This document shows, one piece after another, positions 15,423 to 19,879 of a DNA stretch of 19,879 nt. Within the stretch, counting starts at the first letter, position 1, and every line of letters starts with the position of its first letter. This stretch comes from a virus. Under the pieces are notes generated by a model. The model was given only the letters and a program-made list of their open reading frames with translations, made no database searches and was not told the DNA's origin. The stretch is taken from the IMG/VR virus record IMGVR_UViG_3300025099_000200, positions 1 through 19,879 of that record; one strand, written 5' to 3'. The position numbers were made by a program, and so were the translations under genes.

Positions 15423-15478
15423 TAGCTTATTACTAATTATTATTTATTAGCTTTCGTCGCTCTTCGCTTTCTTAGCTT
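15422..15478. repeat. Three direct TTAGCTT heptamers at exact 25-nt spacing in the intergenic region upstream of the HTH-protein/sigma-factor genes
   Basis: TTAGCTT occurs at 15422-15428, 15447-15453 and 15472-15478 (AAGCTAA on the coding strand). This is one of the few real intergenic gaps (63 nt) in the leftward array. The first copy abuts the ATG at 15422. Confidence 0.45.
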
Positions 15479-15485
15479 CTTTATT

Positions 15486-15785
15486 TTATCTTGTAAACCG
15501 AATAAGTTTACTTTGTATTGATGCAATATATGTTTTCTCATTTTGCTCATAATCTTTTAGTGTTATTTGTTCTGGTCCTTCAATTAATAGTTCTATATTT
15601 GCTCTTGAATAATACTCTTGCTCAGGCCAATTTAACCACCTGGTTTTCAGTAAAGTATAATCATCTGGTGGCAGATCTACTGCCCACACCATAGTGGCAT
15701 AACAGCTAATTATAGCCGCAAACACCATTAAAGTAACGGTCCATAACATCCGTTGGAACCGTATTAAATTCATAGGGTATTTCAT
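15486..15785 (-). CDS. Hypothetical protein, possibly membrane-anchored; the start is ambiguous
   Basis: The track start at 15812 is TTG. In-frame ATGs lie at 15785, 15773, 15749, 15728 and 15692. The longer forms carry the hydrophobic segment LWTVTLMVFAAIISCYATMVWAV but overlap the upstream gene by up to 80 nt. The 15692 start avoids the overlap. Confidence 0.4.
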   Translation of the reverse strand: MKYPMNLIRFQRMLWTVTLMVFAAIISCYATMVWAVDLPPDDYTLLKTRWLNWPEQEYYSRANIELLIEGPEQITLKDYEQNEKTYIASIQSKLIRFTR

Positions 15786-16221
15786 TTTTATTACAAATTT
15801 TTCGTTTATCAATTATATAGTATCTCCAATAACCGTGTATAGCATTTTGACGTTTATGTTCGTCCGGCATACACTGTGGAGGCTGTTCAAATTTTTTGGT
15901 CGGCATTTCAGATGGTGGATGCAATAGTGGTTCGGAGCACTTATCAATAGTTAAGTGACGTTTGCCATATCGCTTAGTATATTCATCGCCTAATGCTAAC
16001 ATGTGTTCGTATAGCCAATAGTAGTGATGAGTATTCTCGCGCACCCAAATGGTAGACGGATGATTGTAATGTACTTTTTTGTAAGGTACATTATCATATC
16101 CGAAATGATGGTGTGCAGTACACAACATCTGAGCCGACTCTAATATCATTTTAACCTTATGCTTGTCATATACATAACTAGCGGCGGTTATTGGTGATTC
16201 GTGTAAATAAAATATATTCAT
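15706..16221 (-). CDS. Conserved phage protein of unknown function. A relationship to endonuclease-V-type pyrimidine-dimer glycosylases is tentative.
   Basis: The N-terminal MNIFYLHESPITAASYVYDKHKVKMILESAQML is a motif I recognise from many phage and bacterial hypothetical proteins, and it is loosely reminiscent of the T4 endoV ELADQHL...E region. His-rich. Confidence 0.5.
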   Translation of the reverse strand: MNIFYLHESPITAASYVYDKHKVKMILESAQMLCTAHHHFGYDNVPYKKVHYNHPSTIWVRENTHHYYWLYEHMLALGDEYTKRYGKRHLTIDKCSEPLLHPPSEMPTKKFEQPPQCMPDEHKRQNAIHGYWRYYIIDKRKICNKNEIPYEFNTVPTDVMDRYFNGVCGYN

Positions 16222-16460
16222 TACATATCTTTAAGATGTTTGTTTATAATTAGATCTGGAACTGTTTTAGACGTGCCTAATACATCTTTAACTTTTTCAA
16301 TATAGTTAACAGCATCCATTAATTCTTCTTGTATATGTGTTAGCCATACGTCAAGAGGTTGATCGTCGTCTTTAAGTGTAACACCGTATTTTTTAAAACC
16401 AACATCAGATCGGTTTTTAAATTTTTGTACTACTCTATCAATTATTACGTCTCTACTCAT
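16221..16460 (-). CDS. Small all-alpha protein, possibly MazG-like/DUF1599-like
   Basis: FKKYGVTL...DVWLTHIQEELMDAVNYIEKV resembles the KYG ... EExxD helix pair of small MazG-type pyrophosphohydrolase-fold proteins. The assignment is weak. Confidence 0.4.
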   Translation of the reverse strand: MSRDVIIDRVVQKFKNRSDVGFKKYGVTLKDDDQPLDVWLTHIQEELMDAVNYIEKVKDVLGTSKTVPDLIINKHLKDM

Positions 16461-16480
16461 ATCTTTTATTATTTAATCTG

Positions 16481-16618
16481 TTATAGTGTTTGTCTAATAA
16501 GAGGTTTGCTACCTCCTCTGAGATCATGTTTTCGCTGTATAGTTGCCAAATAAGTTTGCTCATCTTTAATTTGTTTTTGTATTATATTAAAATATCTATC
16601 TCCTAATGAATCATTCAT
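16481..16618 (-). CDS. Hypothetical 45-aa protein
   Basis: ATG at 16618 overlaps the ligase stop by 8 nt (ATGAATGA). The track's longer form starts at TTG 16702, inside the ligase gene. Confidence 0.35.
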   Translation of the reverse strand: MNDSLGDRYFNIIQKQIKDEQTYLATIQRKHDLRGGSKPLIRQTL

Positions 16619-17456
16619 AATTTCTAATTGCTTTAAACATTGGGTGTCTGTAGCTACCAGCATTAGTTCGCTGGAAGTATGTAAACGTAGCACGCTGGCC
16701 AATATAATCGCCTATATTGTTTAGCATATTAGCAAGATCTTTGTAGTTATAGCCTTTGCCGGGAGGGCAACCAAACTTATTACCATCATCGTCTCGCATT
16801 AGAAATTTACCGAGCGTGCCTGAACGCTTACCTTGACCAATTTCGTAGCCCACAATTGTTGCTTCTGCGTCGCTAAAGTCTTTGAACTTCATTAGCCCGT
16901 ATGATCGGCCGTGCTTATATAAAGCGCTACCGTCACGGAGTATGGAGCCCTCGTAACCATCAGAAAGAAATTCGTTCATGTGATAGTACAACGCTTCGTC
17001 ATGTTTACGTACTTTGTATGCTGGTACATATTTAACTTGTACGTCATATATATCAGCTACGGTTAGATTATTCATTCTGGTTTTGTAGTTGTCGTACATT
17101 GTACCGTCGAAATAATCGTATACATGAAACTGAACAAGGTGTTGTGCATCTCGTCTATCTTCTTCGGTTGGCTTTTGCTTTCGTACAAGCGATACGATCT
17201 TTTCAAAATCGTTTTTCAACTTGTGATTATATAATTCGCCATCGAGCACTACATCTGGTTGTTGTTCAAAGAAAGGTTTAAGAGCCATTTCAATATGTTT
17301 TAGGTTCATAAACTTTTTATTGTTACGCGAGTATGCACCATCAGCAGTAAATAAACATCTGATGCCATCGAGCTTTGGTTGTATGTAGTAGCCTTCTGAT
17401 TGTGTATAATCAACTCTGTCGATATTAAACTTGTGGGCTAGCATTGGTTTCATCAT
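16611..17456 (-). CDS. ATP-dependent DNA ligase (compact phage type)
   Basis: Motif I KLDGIR (adenylated Lys), motif III VLDGELY, motif IV YEGSILRD and motif V GLMKFK. The start overlaps the upstream stop (ATGA). Confidence 0.9.
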   Translation of the reverse strand: MMKPMLAHKFNIDRVDYTQSEGYYIQPKLDGIRCLFTADGAYSRNNKKFMNLKHIEMALKPFFEQQPDVVLDGELYNHKLKNDFEKIVSLVRKQKPTEEDRRDAQHLVQFHVYDYFDGTMYDNYKTRMNNLTVADIYDVQVKYVPAYKVRKHDEALYYHMNEFLSDGYEGSILRDGSALYKHGRSYGLMKFKDFSDAEATIVGYEIGQGKRSGTLGKFLMRDDDGNKFGCPPGKGYNYKDLANMLNNIGDYIGQRATFTYFQRTNAGSYRHPMFKAIRNYE

Positions 17457-17737
17457 AATTGGTTTCTTAAGTAATTAATTCTTTTTTTCATTATAGCAGC
17501 TTTTTCGTATTCTTCATTTTCTTCGTACTTTTTCATAACTAGTTTTAGCTGTTCTATTTCTTCCTGTATAACTTCTTGTGTATTTTGTATTTTATACCTA
17601 GGTTTATCTTCCTTTTGTCGCATGACATCAGCTCCGTAATTAGCTGTTTCAGGGTTAATAAACTCATCATATAAATCAATTTTTATTCTATTATATAATG
17701 CTTGGTATTCTTCTTCACTCATATTTATATTATCCAT
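17453..17737 (-). CDS. Small coiled-coil protein with a UVR-like motif
   Basis: The C-terminal EENEEYEKAAIMKKRINYL resembles the UvrB/UvrC UVR motif. An alternative start at ATG 17722 (MSEEEYQ) would place the repeated 28-nt motif fully upstream. Confidence 0.55.
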   Translation of the reverse strand: MDNINMSEEEYQALYNRIKIDLYDEFINPETANYGADVMRQKEDKPRYKIQNTQEVIQEEIEQLKLVMKKYEENEEYEKAAIMKKRINYLRNQL

Positions 17738-17754
17738 ATCACTTCGTGTTTAGT
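17727..17754 (-). promoter_or_regulatory. Copy 3 of bipartite motif ACTAAAYACGA-N8-GGATAAT-AT
   Basis: - strand: ACTAAACACGA AGTGATAT GGATAATAT, followed by AAAT then ATG at 17722. It spans the stop of gene 17739-18197. Confidence 0.4.
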
Positions 17755-18197
17755 CTGTATCTTGTTTCATTATTAGCAAAATCTGTATAACCGGGGTTTA
17801 TATTTTCCGCATATTTATCGATGATTTGTTGTGGTGTATAGCAAAATACATTTGTATTACTATATTGATTCCAACAACTAATCCATATATCTTTTTTACC
17901 AGTCCATATAATATATGTATATTGATGGTCTATATGTTGATGATCGGAATATAGGTAGCAACTGTCATAATAATGATCGTGTACCAGCTTTGCCGCTAAT
18001 GCACTACCATCTTGTCTATTGTTAGCTAATACCCAGTTTGCTAATTGTACACCTTGCCATTCAGGATAACCATCATGGTGTAAATACATATTTACATAGC
18101 TATTGTCTGAGTATACACAGGGATCGGCAGCGAAGCCTTCACTATGTTCTTTTGCGTGTTCTCGGTCTACGACCATTGTTACATTTCTTGTTGCCAT
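17739..18197 (-). CDS. Hypothetical His/Tyr-rich protein
   Basis: ATG start, tightly packed with its neighbours. Contains YLHHDGYPEWQG and DHQHIDHQY. No family was recognised. Confidence 0.6.
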   Translation of the reverse strand: MATRNVTMVVDREHAKEHSEGFAADPCVYSDNSYVNMYLHHDGYPEWQGVQLANWVLANNRQDGSALAAKLVHDHYYDSCYLYSDHQHIDHQYTYIIWTGKKDIWISCWNQYSNTNVFCYTPQQIIDKYAENINPGYTDFANNETRYRLNTK

Positions 18198-18198
18198 A

Positions 18199-18666
18199 TT
18201 ATTCTTCTTCTATATATTCGTGTCCATTTTCGGTTAGCATATCAACTTTGTCTGCGTGTAAATCTTCATACACTCCTGACCACCATTCGGCTAGCATAAA
18301 ATCCATATCAGATTCCATTTCATCCCATACATGGTCAGCAATCCATACATCTTGATAGTTACATAGTGATTCTAAAGCTCGTTCAGCGAACTCTTCACCA
18401 GCTGCATAGTAATATATATCACTGCCAAAATCTTTAACACCATTGTGATCGCTTGTTACAGCATATACATCATAACTGTCTGCAGTTGTTTCAGTATATA
18501 TTAATAAGCCCTCACCGCCTTTAGCCCAACCAGAAGTATAATCTAGTTTAGCACTATATTCGATGTCAATATATTCAAGAATCCAGTTCATATCTGGTTC
18601 TTCCATAATGCCGTCGATTCTTAGCATTTCAGCGACGTCATCGTAATCATAGGTCTTGTTTTTCAT
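18199..18666 (-). CDS. Highly acidic hypothetical protein (candidate DNA mimic / anti-restriction type)
   Basis: By hand count, 20 Asp plus 20 Glu against 6 Lys plus 2 Arg in 155 aa. Ends in YIEEE. Lies in an early-type region of small ORFs. Confidence 0.6.
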   Translation of the reverse strand: MKNKTYDYDDVAEMLRIDGIMEEPDMNWILEYIDIEYSAKLDYTSGWAKGGEGLLIYTETTADSYDVYAVTSDHNGVKDFGSDIYYYAAGEEFAERALESLCNYQDVWIADHVWDEMESDMDFMLAEWWSGVYEDLHADKVDMLTENGHEYIEEE

Positions 18667-18859
18667 TTATTAAATTTAGTATGTATTCGTAGGTTTCTTT
18701 CTGTCTTTTCTTATATTCAATGACACTTAAATGTAGTTCCATTGGTATAAATTTAGTAGCTAAACCGTTATCAATATCAAACTGATCGGCTACTATTTCG
18801 TTGTCTATTGCTTTTATTTTAGCGTAAACTTTATCGTAAGCTCGTGTATTAAGACTCAT
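18647..18859 (-). CDS. Hypothetical protein (70 aa; an 86-aa form is possible from ATG 18907)
   Basis: ATG 18859 overlaps the upstream stop by 11 nt. The upstream ATG at 18907 adds a hydrophobic MISLIILFVTVKILL but overlaps the previous gene by 59 nt. Confidence 0.5.
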   Translation of the reverse strand: MSLNTRAYDKVYAKIKAIDNEIVADQFDIDNGLATKFIPMELHLSVIEYKKRQKETYEYILNLINEKQDL

Positions 18860-19082
18860 CTTCAATAATATTTTTACCGTAACAAAAAGAATTATAAGAG
18901 AAATCATTACTTGTAATGTTAGCCCATAAAAATAAATCTTTCATGTTCTCGATAGTTAATTCATGCCAACTGTGTTTTGACATTAGAGTGTATTTAAGTC
19001 TACTAACGCTGTTATATTTTTCAACGCTTTCGTTCAGTTTTGTTCTGAATTCTGGTTTTAGTCTTTCGTATAAATTTTTCAT
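18849..19082 (-). CDS. Hypothetical protein (77 aa)
   Basis: The first ATG is at 19082 (MKNLYERLK); the track start at 19088 is TTG. It is preceded by a copy of the 28-nt motif. Confidence 0.55.
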   Translation of the reverse strand: MKNLYERLKPEFRTKLNESVEKYNSVSRLKYTLMSKHSWHELTIENMKDLFLWANITSNDFSYNSFCYGKNIIEDES

Positions 19083-19090
19083 ATTCAATT

Positions 19091-19118
19091 ATATTATCCG
19101 TGTTAGTTCGTGTTTAGT
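19091..19118 (-). promoter_or_regulatory. Copy 1 of bipartite motif ACTAAAYACGA-N8-GGATAAT-AT
   Basis: - strand: ACTAAACACGA ACTAACAC GGATAATAT, followed by AATTGAAT then ATG at 19082. It lies in the short intergenic gap after the 51-aa ORF. Confidence 0.4.
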
Positions 19119-19123
19119 TTGTA

Positions 19124-19279
19124 TCAAACCATTTCCTCATATATACCGATTAACTCACTGGTTACCAGCGTTATACATGCCGCTACTATATTGAAAGGTA
19201 TTAGCGTATACCCGGCAATTCTTACTATGCTCTTCAGAATTGACACATAAAAATGTTTCGTTGCATTTGGATATTCCAT
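19124..19279 (-). CDS. Hypothetical 51-aa hydrophobic peptide (not in track)
   Basis: My translation: MEYPNATKHFYVSILKSIVRIAGYTLIPFNIVAACITLVTSELIGIYEEMV. The ATG lies 3 nt after the tRNA 3' end. Confidence 0.35.
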   Translation of the reverse strand: MEYPNATKHFYVSILKSIVRIAGYTLIPFNIVAACITLVTSELIGIYEEMV

Positions 19280-19282
19280 TAG

Positions 19283-19355
19283 TTGCGCTGGCCGGATTCG
19301 AACCGACGACCTTCGGGTTATGAGCCCGACGAGCTGGCCACTGCTCTACAGCGCT
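19283..19355 (-). tRNA. tRNA-Met (anticodon CAT) with initiator (fMet) identity features; CCA is not encoded
   Basis: Reverse complement: AGCGCTG TA GAGC AGTGGCCA GCTC G TCGGG CTCATAA CCCGA AGGTC GTCGG TTCGAAT CCGGC CAGCGCA A. The cloverleaf is complete. From the D-stem to the T-stem it is almost identical to my recollection of E. coli tRNA-fMet. It has three G:C pairs closing the anticodon stem, A11:U24, an unpaired 1:72 position (A/A) and A73. Confidence 0.93.
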
Positions 19356-19410
19356 ATGTCAGAGGACACCACCATACTTCATAGGAATTACGTGCCCTCG
19401 TATTATAAAA

Positions 19411-19533
19411 GGTGAGGCGGACAGCACTGGAATGTCGTACGCAGTCTCTGTTTATACTGTCTTTCTTACTTCAACGCCAACGACCACGCATTTGTGGGTA
19501 CGACGTTTTAGTCTTCCAACCTTAAACCTCACC
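19411..19533 (-). ncRNA. Candidate structured non-coding RNA (nested long-range helices); class unknown and strand uncertain
   Basis: GGTGAGG (19411-19417) pairs with CCTCACC (19527-19533). TGGAA (19428-19432) pairs with TTCCA (19514-19518). GTCGTAC (19434-19440) pairs with GTACGAC (19498-19504). There is an inner CCAC/GTGG hairpin. On the - strand the outer helix is followed by TTTTAT. The region has no ORF and is G+C-richer than its surroundings. Confidence 0.3.
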
Positions 19534-19606
19534 TATTTTGATGTGTAATACACTTCCGTACGCTCACATATGCCCGTCAGCAGTCGGCACCACATACACA
19601 CCAGTA

Positions 19607-19798
19607 TTATTTTCTTCGCCAAGCTTTATGTACTGAAGCTGACACTTCTTGCGAAACGATCTGTACTTCTAGCACTTGTTTGTTTGCGATAATTGGTACA
19701 TAACTATATTGTTGTGTTGTACTACAATTAACACAGGTATTGTAACCTAGCTTGACTCTACCAATTGGTATTATATTATTGCATTTACATTTTCTCAT
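19607..19798 (-). CDS. Small C4 zinc-finger protein (DksA/TraR-like)
   Basis: The CKCNNIIPIGRVKLGYNTCVNC layout (C-x-C ... IP..R ... C-x2-C) resembles TraR/DksA-type zinc fingers of phages. It is preceded by a copy of the 28-nt motif. Confidence 0.55.
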   Translation of the reverse strand: MRKCKCNNIIPIGRVKLGYNTCVNCSTTQQYSYVPIIANKQVLEVQIVSQEVSASVHKAWRRK

Positions 19799-19804
19799 AC
19801 AATT

Positions 19805-19832
19805 ATATTATCCATCATTGGTCGTATTTAGT
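19805..19832 (-). promoter_or_regulatory. Copy 2 of bipartite motif ACTAAAYACGA-N8-GGATAAT-AT
   Basis: - strand: ACTAAATACGA CCAATGAT GGATAATAT, followed by AATTGT then ATG at 19798. Confidence 0.4.
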
Positions 19833-19879
19833 TCGTGATACATCATTTCGATCGCTCTGGACATGACGTGAGAATGTAT
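19808..19879 (-). CDS. Possible 3' end of a gene continuing beyond the window
   Basis: The frame is open from the window edge to TAA at 19808-19810 (...IHSHVMSRAIEMMYHELNTTNDG). Only 23 codons are visible. Confidence 0.25.
   Translation of the reverse strand: MHSHVMSRAIEMMYHELNTTNDG

Noticed and set aside
15486-16221. The long out-of-frame overlap (up to 80-107 nt) between the 171-aa gene and the next ORF, considered as a programmed frameshift or a sequencing error.
   Set aside because: I saw no slippery heptamer or obvious frameshift signal. A downstream ATG at 15692 removes the overlap entirely, so start-site ambiguity is the simpler explanation.
12414-19194. All other + strand track ORFs in the leftward array (12414-12599, 12885-13133, 12919-13167, 14300-14614, 14974-15213, 16359-16553, 17099-17281, 18038-18355, 18916-19194).
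   Set aside because: Each is antisense to a better-supported - strand gene (or, for 18916-19194, to - strand genes plus the motif region). Their translations are Ser/Leu/Phe-rich, typical of antisense frames in AT-rich DNA, and none has a motif.
19356-19606. Possibility that the non-coding G+C-rich region is a second tRNA, a tmRNA or a group I intron.
   Set aside because: I found no second T-loop (GTTCRANYC), no cloverleaf and no recognisable intron core elements. It is kept only as an unclassified structured-RNA candidate.
1-19879. Searched by eye for CRISPR-like direct repeats, long terminal or inverted repeats, transposases, integrases, att-like sites and toxin-antitoxin pairs.
   Set aside because: Nothing of these kinds was found. 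The only repeats seen are the 28-nt motif copies and the TTAGCTT triplet, both reported above.

Overview
This is an AT-rich, gene-dense segment of a tailed-phage genome. I saw no rRNA, CRISPR array, IS element or integrase. Bases 1-1919 on the + strand are the end of a rightward late/lysis block: an M15-peptidase endolysin, a lysine-rich basic protein, a lipoprotein, a SAM methyltransferase and a tiny TM ORF. From 1882 to the right edge the sequence is one long leftward (- strand) array with almost no intergenic space. Many junctions have overlapping stop and start codons (ATGA, TAATG, 8-nt overlaps), and by eye few starts have a classical Shine-Dalgarno. Read in transcription order (right to left), the array contains the following. 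First come small early-type ORFs, including a DksA/TraR-like zinc finger. Next are an ORF-free G+C-richer structured region, an initiator-type tRNA-Met, a very acidic protein and an ATP-dependent DNA ligase. Then come a phage sigma factor preceded by an HTH protein, and an Erf / RecE-like exonuclease / SSB recombination module. A T7 gp4-like primase-helicase follows, then a thymidylate-synthase homologue, a GIY-YIG-like::MazG fusion, a T7-endonuclease-I-like nuclease and class I RNR (nrdB, nrdA). The array ends in an accessory island: a JmjC oxygenase, a small cupin, a GT8-like transferase and a sialyltransferase-like transferase, convergent with the + strand methyltransferase. The most interesting signal is in the thymidylate-synthase homologue. 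It has Asp where every true dUMP-methylating TS has the specificity Asn, as T4 dCMP hydroxymethylase does. It is also translationally coupled to a MazG-type pyrophosphohydrolase and co-transcribed with glycosyltransferases and oxygenases. I read this as a candidate cytosine-replacement or hypermodification pathway; that is inference and needs chemistry to confirm. Other items worth a second look are a 28-nt bipartite motif present four times next to start codons, the roughly 250-nt structured non-coding region beside the tRNA, and a TTAGCTT x3 repeat at exact 25-nt spacing upstream of the HTH/sigma pair. All functional calls come from motif recognition by eye, because no searches could be run.
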